A stretch of DNA of 64,000 nucleotides from Epiperipatus broadwayi (taxonomy: Eukaryota; Animalia; Onychophora), in assembly GCA_028023455.1 (NCBI GenBank), contig JAQFVV010000002.1, forward strand, positions 9,982,001 through 10,046,000, in the 5' to 3' direction. The position numbers and the translations under genes were made by a program. Numbering within the stretch: position 1 is the stretch's first letter; every line of letters starts with the position of its first letter. Below, piece after piece: positions 13,325-26,949 of this stretch. The notes below the pieces were generated by a model. That model was given only the letters and a program-made list of their open reading frames with translations. It was not told the DNA's origin and made no database searches.

Positions 13325-13450
13325 AGATATTTTAAATGCTGGTTCTGGCTAAGCATTTATCACAAAGCTTGTTGAGGAATTAGCAATCCTCATTGATTAT
13401 ATATTACAAGCTTAAGAGAATTGGGTCATGTGATCTGACTCTTATTTTAG
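13325..13450 (+). repeat. Partial copy of the AAGCTT...GGTCATGTGA repeat family
   Basis: Similar (inverted) to 36390-36460 and 36774-36900; same end motif as 41885-41940 and 42630-42680. Confidence 0.75.
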
Positions 13451-13877
13451 CCACTCACTTCTCTATAAATTTTAAAAAAAATGTAAATAAAAACCTTTAA
13501 TATTTCTTCTATTTAGTTAATGACTAGAACGCTCACCCCTCTTTCCATCATGCAATCTTTCTAGAACTGCAAGGTATTTTAATTTTAATGCCTTATTTGA
13601 TTTATTAACATATTATTATTATTATGTTTATCAATCTATTTCTTTTTGTCTAAAACATTTATCAGTTTATTGATTTATTTTTATTTGTAACAAAAAAAAA
13701 AACTATATTTCTCATCCAACCAAGTATTTATATTACCTATTTCAATAACTAATTTATATTTTTCTGAATTTTAATAATAATAAAAATACATATTTTGAAA
13801 CTAAACTGGGTTCAATCTCTGCTTATTTTAATCAAGATAATCCTGCACCCCTCCCCCCAATATAACAATAATCATGT

Positions 13878-15143
13878 TTTTTAAACAATTGGTAATAACC
13901 AGTAGACAATAAAATAAAGAACAAATTTATATTTGGCAAATTAAATTTTGATCTAGGGAAATTTAAAGGCAGCTAATGGGAAACTATGTCTATGGTGGAG
14001 TAACAATTTATTTTTAATTAACAAGTCAGTACTAGTCATGAGTAACAATCATTGAACACAAATTTCCATACACATTCAATTATATTTCCTGATCATTACT
14101 GCTCTACACCTAATAATTTATTGCATTAATAAAATAAATAATCACCTTGGTTAGATGAAAAATGACAAACAATAAAATTATTAATGACAACAATAACTTT
14201 AATCTATGAATGATAATAATAATGATTATAAAAAAATATTTACATATTTACAATTAAAAAAATTATATGATCATGTGTGAGAAGAAAAAAATCTTTGTAA
14301 TTTACAATCACTTTGAAGATATCTACAGAAAGTTCAGTTGATTTGCTTTACCATCTTTGTGAACTCACATATATATGTATTGTATCTGTAAAGGTGGGAA
14401 CAGAACCATTAATCATTAAATTTTAATGTCTGTTTGCAATAAATATTTTTACTGCTTTTAATTCCATCCAAGTTAGTTTTCTTATGAGAGTTTCCATTGC
14501 AATTTTCTTCTAAGCATTTAAAATAGGAAGATTCACAGATTAATTTATAAAAGTATATTTCTATGGGATAATCACTTTAGATGACTAGTTTTCCTTTTAT
14601 AGCAAGTAACTGTCAAATATTTCTTCAGCATTCAATAATAATGAATAGATTGGCAGAATCAAGATTAATTTTTAAGGCATATTTTTTGGCTACAGCTCTA
14701 TATTCAGTTACAATACTGGAAAGATCAAGAAAAGCATCCTGGAAGATTCTCTACTCCTTAAAACACATGATATAAACTTAAAAGTATTTAATTTTTTTTA
14801 CTGACTTCTATCTAGTACAAAATACATTGACCAAGTGTTACAATTGTTTACCATGGTTTCTTGGAAAGCAGAAGAGTTTTGCAAGCTTCTGTTGATTTTC
14901 ATAGCAATGTTTTTATTTTAATTTTTCTCCGAATCACTTGTGACTGATTTTTATAGCAATGTTTCTTTTATTTAAAATTATAATATTATTTTTAAAATAA
15001 TATATTTTAGTTTTGTAGTTGTTTTTTTAACATTTTAAAACCACTTTAAAATTTATTCTTTATACATAACTTTTGATATTCTGTTATTCATAATAATAAA
15101 AAATATTCGCATCAAACCAACACCTGCAAACTCAAATGTGAGG
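13878..15143 (+). repeat. Copy 2 of the ~1.25-kb direct duplication
   Basis: See 10100-11345. Confidence 0.9.
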
Positions 15144-15599
15144 TTTACAATAATATATATATATATGTAAGGGTAACTTACAATCTTATTAAGCTCACTT
15201 TTTTATGTGCAATATCAAACCATAAACATAAAAATATAATTTTAATTAATAAACAATAAATACCTTATCCTTTTATGTTAAAATACTCACACACACACAT
15301 ATTAAATGTTAGATTATAAAATTTTAATAATAGAAGCCAAGTCAAATAAATAGTTATTTTAATGAAATCAAATATTAAAATTATTAATTTCAATCATTTA
15401 TATATAAGTAAAAAATAATTATTTAGTAACTAATATCACTAATCAAGACTCAAAACAAAGATAACCTAAGGTCAAGTTGTATCTTAGCAACTAAATGTGA
15501 AAAAAATAAAATTATAACTTAATTATTCAATTATTAATTATGATGCATTTACCAATAATCAAATACAAAATTGTGCAATGAAATAGTAATTTAACACAT

Positions 15600-16450
15600 G
15601 CTAATTACCAGAAGTCAATTCCTCTATAAAATCTAAGTCAACTAATTTCAAAATCAGTTCCATCTTTTACAAGTGAACCAGTCACTATGCATATTTATTT
15701 TACTGTGTTCGAATATCAAACACATTAGAAAGATGGATCAATAATTTGGATGAATTTTCCTTGTTTATAAAATCTTCATTAGCAGAAAACTCTAATATCA
15801 CTCAAATAAAGAGTAAATAAATTACTCTTTAATATTATCAATAATACTTTCAAAAGCGAAATTATCTTTAATATAATAATTAGAGAAATTCTTAATGATA
15901 TCATTCTAAATTTGAATTCCAAGGAAGACAAATATCATCAAACATATTTATATATCTAAATAAATTTATTTTAAAAAAGATTTTAAGTTATAGAAATGCA
16001 TCATGAGTAAACACATTTTGCCATAGGATTAAATGCTATTGTTCTAACCTAAAACAGTGTAACTATTCATTTCTACTGTAATGCCTAATATATATATGAT
16101 CTATATAATTTAATATCCAAATTCAGTTTACAATGAGATAATGTAAGAAAAGAGATGTCAGCATCATGCAAGAGGAATATTTATGAAATAATGGATTATG
16201 CTGATTGTCTCATCAATGATTGATGACTGGAAATAAAAGAACTTTATTCCTAATGAACATTGTACTTAAAATTTTGGAAAATGAACAGAAAAATACCATA
16301 AACATTAAATACATTATATTATTTTCATGTATCAACATCTATAAATATTTAATTTTATTTCCTTTATCTTTAAAATCTGCTTACTTTGGAATAATCATTT
16401 CTGGAAAATCATTAGACCAAAAATGAGAAAAGATCACTGGGTTAAAAAAA
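15600..16450 (+). mobile_element. Highly decayed LINE RT remnant
   Basis: Fragments FEFQGRQISSNIF (like QFGFR.GRST...) and LKSAYFGIIISGKSL (like KYLG..FD..L). Many stops. Confidence 0.35.
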
Positions 16451-17454
16451 TATTTATTTAATAAAATTTAGGTCTTCTTAGCACAGTGATTTGACCAGGT
16501 TAATAATTAAACTTAATAGGAAGGTAAGATTTTATTGTTTTTCATATTAAATACATACACTTATGGCATGACATAATTCTTGTTTATTATTAAGTCAATA
16601 AATTTATTAATATTTGTTTATTTACTATTCAGTATAAGTGACTAATATCCTAGGATGAAGGGTCTTTTATTTCAATGATAGGGACCATACATAGATGGGA
16701 GGTCTTATAAAAATGGAATTCCCTCAAAAAGATTCAATATTACGAAAGTCTTCCTTTATACTTATATTGTTTAATTTAAATTTAGTTAATTGGTGTTATC
16801 ATAATTTTTGAAATTACAAAATGTTATTTATTTTGCAATCTATTAAATATTGTTGGTGTTATGATACATATCTATTATGGGATATGGGAAGGTATAATTT
16901 AAAAATGTATATACTAATAGAATAAAAATGTATTTAAACACTTGTAATTAAAAAATTTGTTATATAAAGATAAATTTAAATTGTTTCAATTAATAAATAT
17001 TGTTAAATTTATTTTAAATTTAAGGAGGTCTCTGATTTATTTAAATTATTTATTTTATTTTCATAATAAAATAAGATTGAATACATATACCCACATATAC
17101 ATATCATCCTGACTTAACATCATGGTAACTTGGTTGGAATAAATTTTGAGAACCCATGGAACTTATATAAAAGTATTATTATTGCTACAGGATATCAAAT
17201 GGCCCCTGAAGAGAGTTAAGTATAAAATTAACTCTGAGTTTGAATACTGTGCATAAAGGAATAGTAAAGAACTGGCCTAAGTTGTAACTATATTGAATAT
17301 TTAAATATTAAATTATCATATTTAAAGTAGATGCAATCATGGATTAGATTTTTATCACATCAGTCACGGCATCCTACACGAAGACCCTAGGTCTGACTAT
17401 AGTTAGATGCATTCATCCTCATTCCTTAAAGGAATGTGGACCATTACATATATA

Positions 17455-19020
17455 TTTACTGTACCAGTACATTATGGTATATGGGTTTGAACCCTGTAAA
17501 TTTTACCTCATTACAATAAATAGGCATTTCTTTTAATAAAAAAAAAAAAAGAGAAAAGACAATTTTAAGTTATATAATTAAAATATATGTGAAGTCAGGT
17601 AGAAATTATTCAGGTTTATTAAACCTTGCATAAAAAATAAAAAAATTAAACTTCTAACAACTTATTCATTTATCTAGCACCATGTTTTATTTGTAATAGT
17701 CATTAAGGAATCACACATGTGCTGCATGAATTTATAATGCTTAAAAATATTCTCACTTTTTAATCACAAAATATCTTGGAAAAGATAAGATGCATCCACC
17801 TTATTTTTTATATCTAAATTTATATACATCTCTTAAGCATGTAGAAAAGAGAGTGTGAGGTCTTAATCAACCATTTTCAATTCTATTCACTATATATATA
17901 TATATTAATAAATCATGTTTGTTAATTTTTTTACAGTTTGCTGCATGTCAGTATTAGATATAATATTAAATATATATAACGAGTTATTTATTTATTTAGA
18001 ACTGTATTTTATTTGTAATAGTTATTGAGGAATCACCACCAAACATGCGCTGTATGAATTTATAATATTTGAAAAATAACTTGTTATATATGGATATATA
18101 ATATTACATTTAATACTAATGCTCAGGAAATTGTAAAAAAAATTCACAAAAGTCATTTATTAATTATAATGAATGAAATTAATAAATGCTTAAGATTTGT
18201 CTACACCTATAAATTTAGATAAAAAAGATAAGATGGATTCATCTTATTAAAGATTTTATCTAGTATTTAGAAAGTAAAAGTATCTCTCAAGCATTTTAAA
18301 TTCACACAGTGCATGTGTTGGGGATGATTCCCTAATGACTTATCTTGTAACATTTTTTAAATTAAATTTTAATTTGGGATTAAGTCTCTTGCTAATGTAA
18401 ATGGACAAACATATTTAATTAATTTCAAATCTGTAAAATGATTAAGTTATTTATTTATACATTTTTTTTAAGATAAAGGTAATATTAAGTAAAGAAAGAA
18501 GAAAAAAATTAAATTATTTTTTTTCTGCTTGTTGTTTTATCTGTTTGAATCAAGTCACTTATAATGGAGCAAATAAATATAAATAGAGTTACTTTTATTT
18601 TTTTCACTGCTTGTCTTGATTAGGAGTAGTGATTAAACTGTGTATCAGGCCATAATAAAAAAACATTTCTGTAACAAGTTATTTTTCAAATGCTGGTAAT
18701 AATCCCTAGTTAAGGAAAAACGAATTTTCAAATATCAGAAAATCACAAATATTAACTTGGTTAAATCAATTTTTACCATGGAAATGTAAAAATACCCTTA
18801 GGTACTGGTTGCAGCAATGTGAGTTTGCTATGTCAAAAACCTTGGACATTTTATTGCCTAAAAGAGAAAATTGTAAAATAATCTGCTATAAGGATAATGG
18901 GAAAGAACATTAAAGGTGATTGTTATGACTTGATATTCTATGCTACGCCTGATGTTCAAATCCACAGACAAATATTTTATTATCTAAATATGTATATAAA
19001 AGTTAAAGGTGAAAAGATAT
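17455..19020 (+). repeat. Dispersed repeat (17455-17640 plus 18340-19020) interrupted by a local tandem duplication (17660-18300)
   Basis: Collinear with 26950-27860. Internal duplicates at 17680-17750 / 17990-18075 and 17780-17840 / 18220-18290. Confidence 0.75.
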
Positions 19021-19861
19021 AAATTACTACAAGATCCAAGAAAAATGGATTGTCCTTTTATAATAATATTTACCAGATAGGAAACTATAGAAGCTGATTT
19101 GTGAACCTTGTACAAGTTCAGCATGTAGAATACTGTCTTGTGACATTTAATTACATGTCCACACTTAACATAAAGTATATACATTTTAGAGTATTTTGAA
19201 TAATTGAGCTCAATACAAAAAAGATGAAATTACTTTATTTTTTCTTCTACTCTCAAATTAAGTAGTTTTCTATGTACATATCTAACTCTAACGTATAGAG
19301 TTAAGAGTAATATTTTATGTTTTTGTTTGATTTATTTGGACATATGTGTTGTGCAGGGAGGTATTATTTTATATATATTAAATGTTCAACTGTGTACAAA
19401 GAAACAAAAGTTATAAAATTTGTCTAATCAAAAGAAAATGCTAATTTAGATTTTAAAATGTGTTTGTAATTTTTTTTTTTTTAAATTCTATTTTTGATTC
19501 TATTAAATCATTAATTTTATTAAAATGTCTTTTTTGTTATTTGTTGCAACATTTCAAAATAAGCATGAACTACCTTAAGCTAAGGAATGAATGTAGGGTG
19601 TGTGGGATTTTAAAACTAGTTACATAAATGTGGATTCACTATAGAAGAGCTAGTTTTATGAGTGATAACATATCTAAAAAAAGATAATAATGGGGTTTAA
19701 TTTGTACCAATTTTTTTTTATGAATTTTTTATGATGAAGATGCTAGCTTGATCTCAATATATGTCTTTCGTTATCATGTGATACATAGGGTAAATACCAG
19801 AAGAATTATAGTGAGAAATTTAATTAATCCTTCAATTAAATATATATATATATATATATAT

Positions 19862-20020
19862 GGTACATATAGGTGGTCTGTTACATTTGGTGCCCAAGTG
19901 AAATCAGATTAAAGCCACTATATGATCTGCTACATTTGGTTGCCCCAGTGGAGTCTGATTAAGTCCTATGGGGAATATTTGATTTGTTATATTTGGATGT
20001 TTAACTCAGGCTGATTAGAT
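19862..20020 (+). repeat. Degenerate ~50-55 bp tandem repeat, about 3 units
   Basis: The unit ...TG(T/C)TACATTTGG...TC(A/T)GATTAA... repeats at roughly 19875, 19925 and 19983. Confidence 0.7.
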
Positions 20021-20329
20021 CAAGTTTTATTATATATAGGAGTCCAATCATTTAATTAAATTTAGACACTTACATATTAGTCCGATAGTGAAATTTCACA
20101 TAAATATTAGTCTGACAATAGATGGTAAGAGAAAACAATATTTTGTACATGGAGAAAATTATGCATATATATTATAACACTGGGACAAACAATTGTGTAA
20201 ATAAAGACCAAATTAAGCACATTCACACTCTTCTAAAAATGAAAACATTTTTTTTTTTATAATCAGCTGTACCCAGCTTTGTAAAGGTCCATAAAAAATT
20301 CTTTTTAAGACTTAATGGTAATTATAAAT

Positions 20330-20590
20330 TTATTAAACGCACATTGATTACGTAAGTAATATTTACTGAGGCTGTAACCTCGAGAATATATGTGTAAAAT
20401 GCGATAGCAGGGACCTCTGCAGGTGTTTAACCACAAGCTTATGCTATGGAAGAAAAGAGGGGAACCCTTCTTTACTTCAACCTACTTTCTATTTAAATAG
20501 GTGAAGCTGAAGCGGTTAAATCTGCGAGTGTGAAGCTATTCAATATTCACCGATTAAGTCCACATTTCTTATTACACATTAATACTCGGT
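20330..20590 (+). promoter_or_regulatory. CpG-retaining island; candidate promoter/enhancer and non-coding first exon
   Basis: Roughly 8 CpGs in 260 bp, a TATTTAAA element near 20490, E-boxes CAGCTG/CAGGTG in and just upstream of the segment, and donor-like AC|GTAAGT and CG|GTAAAT. No ORF. Confidence 0.4.
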
Positions 20591-20594
20591 AAAT

Positions 20595-23480
20595 ATTACT
20601 TAAGACTTAATGTAAATTAAACAAAAGATTTTAAATGTGAGAATTGAAAGACCATTATTATAGGAACACAAAAGCTCTGGGCTTTCAGCCCTAGCTTTAT
20701 ATTTCTGTATATATATTTTACTTTAAACAAATTTAAAGTTTTTTTTTCCAATTTAAATTTGATAGCATTACAGTAGATATTTTACTTTAATCAAATTAAA
20801 TAATGTTTTTGTAATAGTTTTTTTGATTGGTTGTTTATGGAAAGAACGTTATTTTTTTTTTTTAATTGGTTGATTTAACAACTATTTTATAAAGATTTAA
20901 TATAAATCAAATAAAAAGATTTAAATATTATATAAATAAATGTGAAAAATGTACATGGCCTGAAAGTCTGTTATTTTTATAATTTAATTTTTTTTCTTCT
21001 GATTTTGCAATTGTGAAATTTGACAGCATTTTTGCAATAGCTTTTTAATTGGTTGCCTATGGAAAGGCTGTTGTTTTTATTAATTTTTTTTTTAACATTT
21101 TTTTTAATACTTAATGTAAATTAAATAAAAGGTTTTAATATGAAAATAAATATTTTAATATTATATAAATAAATGTGAGAAATATACTCTGCCTGAAAAA
21201 CAATCATTACCTGTACATGAATTTGATAGCATAAGTACAACTGTAAATAATAAGATTATTTATTGTAGCACTATCTGAATTAAATTAAAAAATGATATTC
21301 TGAATTTGTAATAATAATATCATTTATTGGATATAAATACAGTAAAATAGCATCTATTTTTTTACTCTCACTAACTATTACATTTCATATACTACAAACA
21401 CATTTTCTTGGTGATTTAAATACTATAACTATTCAGTTTTTTACTGTACTTAAAAGCATATGAACTGTTTTTTTTTCCTGTTTTTTATGAACTGGATGTA
21501 AATATGATATAACATCGATTTTCCCCCTCACTAAATATCTTTCTGTACTATAATCATATTTACTTCATGATTTAAATACTATATCTCTATAGTTCAAATC
21601 ACATGTACTGTTCTTTTTCCAAGCACTTTTTTATTAATGATGGAATTACTTTCTTTGCATAAATATAATAATACTCTAACCAAAACTACATGGAAATGTG
21701 GTACTATAACATCTATTTTTTCCACTCACTACATATACATTTTAATCATGAAATTATGTACTTTAATCATATTTTTTTGTGATTTTAATTTGATACCTTT
21801 GTAGATTAAAGCACATGTACTATTCTGATGCAAATCTAGATTTATTGGAGTACCCTGTGAATAATTCCCCCCCCCCCCCAATTTCTCAACATAACATTAT
21901 ATAAATAAATTTCCAGATTTTAATAAAGCTAAATTAAAATTTACATTTTTAATTATCTCTGTTATATTTGTTAGTTTTATGACTTCAAAATGGTTCCTGA
22001 AATGTGTATGAAAGTTGAAATGTACAAAAGCAGAGCACTATAAAAAAACATCAAAAAGTGTTTTCAAATATTTATTTTTTAATGAGGTTTATTAGCATAT
22101 ACATAAGTAACACTTTATTGATTAATATCTGGTGCTTTCATTATAAATATATTAAAAGATAGTTGAATGGTACTCTTCTTGGTACTTACAGATTAGTCTG
22201 GACACTAAGATTGATTACGAATAATTCCAGACAATAATTTTATATATATATCACATTAATGCAATAATTATATATATATTTTAAAAAATTACACTTATTA
22301 TCAATTTTTAAAAATATATATAATCCTTTGCAATAATTAATTTATTAATTAAAAAAAATTGTCATTTAATTACTTATGACACTTTTGTCTTTCAATTATG
22401 ACTAGGAAAATTTAAAAAACCCTTTTTTAAAAAAACATTAAATCTTAGCCCCCCCCCTTCCATTTTTTTTCATTTTCTATAAATTTAAAAATATTTTTTC
22501 CTTACAACTTGCCTGAGCCAATATGTAAGTACTCTCTTTTTTTTTTTGATAAAAAGTTCTGTAACATGCTGCGTCTTTTTCTATTGCCCTCATTTTGTAC
22601 AAAAGCAGAATGTATGAAAGTTGAGGACCATCTGTACATATTTACTGGAGTGCCCTCTGAATAAAAAATACTTTTTTTTGGATAGTCAGTCATGACTACC
22701 ATAATCACAAGGCTTTTTAAAGCTTTATTAATAGTATTCTGTTCATTAAAGTTGGAATACAAAAAGGCCAGTTGTTTTTTTATATTTTTTAATTAAATCT
22801 AATATTTGTAATATTTTTTTAATTAGTTTTTTTTTAACAATTTTTTTTTAAGATTTCATGTATATAGACTTTTTTTTATTAAACATTGCTAATTTATAAA
22901 AGTTCATTAACATTGCTAAATACATCTTTCATCTGAACTATAACAGGAAATTGACAACCCATGAAAGCACAGAGTGCTTTAATGACAAATTATGAATCAG
23001 CATTTATGGCTATTTCTACAGCTGGGTGAGAACATTATCATGATATATATACTATACCTTGACTACCATAACTGTAAGTTTTTTAGCTTTATTAATAGTT
23101 ACCATTTATTAATGTCAGAATACAAAAAGACCGGTCATTTTTGTAATATTTATTTTATTAAATATAATATTAATATTTTTTTAAGTAGTTGCTTTAACAA
23201 TTTTTTTTCAAGATTTAATGTAAATATGATTTTTATTAAACATTGCTAATTTGTACATATTCATTAGCATTGTTAATTATATTGTTCCTCTGAACTATAT
23301 TAGAGTAGTAACAAACCATGAAAGCATGGAGTGCTTAACATCAAATTATGAATTGGCATTTATAGCTGTTTCTGTGGCTAGATGGAAACTTTTTATTGTG
23401 AAATATATACTACATCTCTGTAGTTCAAAGCACACATACTTATTTGTTTCCCAGCATTTTTTATTTAATTGCAGAATTAC
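20595..23480. repeat. Complex degenerate tandem array of several unit types (~200-360 bp)
   Basis: Recurring blocks such as ACTTAATGTAAATTAAA (20604, 21109), CATCTATTTTTT (21351, 21710), AAAGCACA(TG/CA)TAC (21590, 21808, 23427) and TGACTACCATAA (22692, 23059). Confidence 0.75.
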
Positions 23481-24199
23481 TTCCTTCACCCAAATGTAGT
23501 GGTTGTGGCATCATCGAACAAACATTCATTTACCAATCAGACATCAGAGAAAATAGGTATTTCATATAAAAGATAAACCAACATTTTGACTAACAACTTT
23601 CCCCTGATTAGGATATTATTTAATATTCACTTTAAAATGTGTAAATAAAAAACTGAATTAAGCATATTTATAGTCTATTAGATTTTTTAAGTAAATTTTA
23701 GATAATAAACCAATATTTTGACTGACAACTTTCTCCTGATCAGGATATTATTTAATATTCACTTAAAAAATTGTTTTCATTTTTAGAAGATTGTAAACAT
23801 GTTTAATTCGGTCTTTATTTACAGATTTTTTTTGTACCTGTGTTTTTCATTATTGTCAGACTTGTAAGATCCTAATTTGAGTTTACATTGAAAGAAAATT
23901 ATATAATAATCAATGGCTAGATAATACTTATAAAATAATGTTTAAAATTAGTGTAGAACCTGAAATGAATCAGTATGGTTATAAATTATATAAATATGAT
24001 CACACACCTAAATATATACTGCATAAAATAGGGAATAAAAATGATTGATTATTATTGTTATATAAATAAAAAAGTGAGGTCTGATTATTAATGAATATTT
24101 TTATGGGTTAAAAAAATTAAAGCAAATTTATGAAAGTTATAAATTAGGCAGAAAAGTTGTTAAGGGACATTTAAATGTGTAAGTGAGCTGCTTCTGGTG

Positions 24200-24420
24200 A
24201 ATTAGATTCAGTGGTATTTACTTCTTAATGATATTTTGAAAGTACTTTTTCTTTGGTACTATTTTAGTTGGCACTTACTTTTTAAAGATACTTTGAGTGC
24301 ATTTTTTGTTGAGAGTATTTTAGTGGTACTTATTTTTTAATGATATTTTGAAATAATTTTTCATTGATAATATTTTGATTAGTGCTTACTTCTCTTTCTA
24401 GATATTTTGGAAATTATATT
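24200..24420. repeat. Degenerate ~55-bp minisatellite, about 4 units
   Basis: Repeated AGTGGTA(T/C)TTA...GATATTTTG blocks. Confidence 0.6.
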
Positions 24421-24799
24421 GTGTTAAGGAATATTTAAATTGCTCAGACAAAAGTGAAAAATACTGTTTTTTTTCCCTCTAATATTTAACTGAAAGTAAA
24501 AAAATACTAGGTCAAGATCAATTAAAATGGATCAATACCACAATGAACCAGAAAATACAAAGCAAATGAAGAAATTGTCAGCAGAGGCTATTAGTAAGTC
24601 TGTAGAATAGAAAGTAATTACACTGAATATGTTATTTAAAGTGTTGCAAAAGAATGTATTAAAAATTGAAAGAAGTATCGATGAAAAACTGAAAGTCATA
24701 ACAAGAAAATAAAAAAATGTTACAAGAAATACAGATGAAAAATCAAGTGATGCAAGAAGAAAATAAAAATATGCTGCATAAAAGGTGATTGGAAAATAC

Positions 24800-25150
24800 T
24801 ACAAAATATTTATGAAAAATGGAAGGCAATTCAAGCAAGTTGCTAGAAAATGAAAAGAAAAGTAGGTAAATTATACAAAATGCTGCAACAGGTATTAGAG
24901 AAGATATGACATTGCAGATAAAAGAACAGGTATATCTGAAATGGAAAGTTATTGAGAATAAGATATCTGATGGCAGGGCGCAAATTAATAAAAGAAATTG
25001 ATAAAAGATAAATGCAAGTATAGGTGGTCATATAGACTGCAGAAAGAATAAAAATGTTTGAAGTGTGAGAATTAAAAAAGTCTGAAAAGGCACATTGTTA
25101 GAATGGCATCCAAGAAAGTGTGAGGTAAACCCAATGAGAAGAGGCTAATG
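24800..25150 (+). mobile_element. Decayed RTE-like LINE 3' end
   Basis: Fragments GGHIDCRK and GTLLEWHPRKCEVNPMRR resemble the RTE C-terminal W.GHI.R...LEW.PR..KR.RGRP motif. Confidence 0.45.
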
Positions 25151-25399
25151 TAATTAATGAAATGAAAATATAATATACCAAATAAAAGAGGGAAGTTACA
25201 GCTGGTTAAAAACATGCAATGAGAAAAACAAAAGAAAGAATCAAATAAACAATGCCAAAATTACTAAATAAAGCCTAAATAGAGAATGCATAAGAAATAT
25301 GGATATATATTATAATATTAATCAGTTTTTTAAAATTCAAATGTTTCAAGCTAATTCAGGAAAATCACCAATGGAGCACTATGAGGGTTTGGACAACAA

Positions 25400-26100
25400 C
25401 TTCAATTAAATAACTTAAGAAAAAATGAACAAGTAGCTGTGGCATATAATCATCTCCAAGTTCCTTCAAAAGAGTGATAGAATTTATTAATAAATAAACC
25501 ATCCTCTTATGTAGAGTATTGTGAAGCAATCCTCAATAGTTTCTAAAATAAAGTAAAAAGAAGGAATCTGATACCAGTTGATAGAAGTAAAATTTGGATT
25601 GATAGTGGCAAAATCTACATGCAATTTTTCAGGTGTCAAGTAACAAAGTTGAGAACTCTCAATGCTTGTACTTTGAATGAAAATCAGATTGTCTGAATAG
25701 TATGCCATAATATGCCATTTACAGTGGAACAGATGTTTTTAAATACAGAAAGAGATACCACTGAACAAATGACAGAGGTTCTTAACACTACTAATCTAAG
25801 TATGCAGAGGCAGTTGGTAATGATAGGGATGAAAACAATATAGGATGTATGGGGATAGGAAATCACAATAGATTCCAATTATACTGGAAAAGAAGGAGGA
25901 GTACTAGTAATAATGGATATGATCAGAATTGTAAGGCTATCTAGGTACCATCCAAGTGCTAGATGATCAAAAAGTTCAGCTCAGACACAATATCCTTTGC
26001 CTAGCACCAGCAAGATTCAGTCACAAATATAAATATGAAAAAAAGGAGTTAATAGTAACTTATATAATTGTAAAATTCATCTCAAATCCACTCAGATGAG
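25400..26100 (-). mobile_element. Decayed LINE (CR1/L2/Jockey-like) endonuclease-linker remnant
   Basis: ORF 25487-25708 (SDNLIFIQ...PEKLHVDFATINPNFTSINWYQI) resembles the SDH..I...N...F...DW pattern at the end of the endonuclease. Confidence 0.4.
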
Positions 26101-26299
26101 GACACCATTACCAATGCAAAAATTCCTGTACCAAAGTAAGAATTGATTTTTATAGGAAAGGTAAAAGATGTTTGTAGATGACTTGCCCATGTTGATAGGA
26201 TATATGTTTTTAAGACAAAAAGTCATAATAAAAAAAGAAATTGTAGAATAAGATTATATAAGACAAATCCTGATCATGATTAGCAAAAAAGTAGAAAAA

Positions 26300-26820
26300 T
26301 AAAATTATTTAAAGGACCACCTGATGCTCAAATTTAGATGGTTAGATGTTAGTATACCAATTCATCAGGATGAAATGGGAGTATAAGAGACTTGGTGTGT
26401 GTTATTTTCAGAGATGCTGGAGAATTCAAAATAGTGGTGTGTCAGTATGCCATGTTGGGGTTTCTGAGTGTTTTATAGTGAAAATTATGTGTTCAGATAA
26501 TCATGTAAAAAATTTTTTTGAACATAAATTTGAGACTTTTATTGCATCAAGCCATTATTATGTGCAGATAGCAGCATTTTTGATGAAGGAGAGTTGCTTG
26601 TGCAAGGGGACAGTATTTGTTTGGTTTTTAATAATATATCCATGTATTTTTACATGATTATTCTGGGACACTTGTCTCTTGCTGCAAAAGCATTTCAGAT
26701 ATGTTCAGAGGTATAGATCTGTATGTTTCAGTCATGGGTTTTCAAGGTAAATCTGGGAGTAGAAATACACATGAGCTTTTTGGAACACTCTACAGTTCAT
26801 CATGCTCAAATAAGTTTAAA
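26300..26820 (-). mobile_element. Decayed Penelope-like RT remnant
   Basis: YIIKNQTNTVPLHKQLSFIKNAAIC resembles the PLE YL.F.S.HP..QK..II..L..RA..IC motif. Confidence 0.4.
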
Positions 26821-26949
26821 AGGGTAAAAGAGAGTAAATAATATAGGAGACCAAGAGGGAAACATGATATGAATAAAGTAAATGGTTGAGTGAATAAAAA
26901 TGGATTCAGAATAATAGGTCTATAAACATTTTTTAAAATTTTTTGATGC

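Noticed and set aside
10100-15143. Reading the 1.25-kb direct repeats as LTRs of the gag-containing element
   Set aside because: No TGG-type primer-binding site next to the would-be 5' LTR, the only polypurine run (13848-13860, minus) is on the wrong side, and TG...CA termini are not clear.
21052-21066. X-box-like GTTGCCTATGGAAAG
   Set aside because: The 3' half lacks AAC, and the site lies in a degenerate tandem repeat.
19862-24420. Tandem arrays as CRISPR-like repeats
   Set aside because: The units are degenerate with no unique spacers, there are no cas genes, and the context is eukaryotic.
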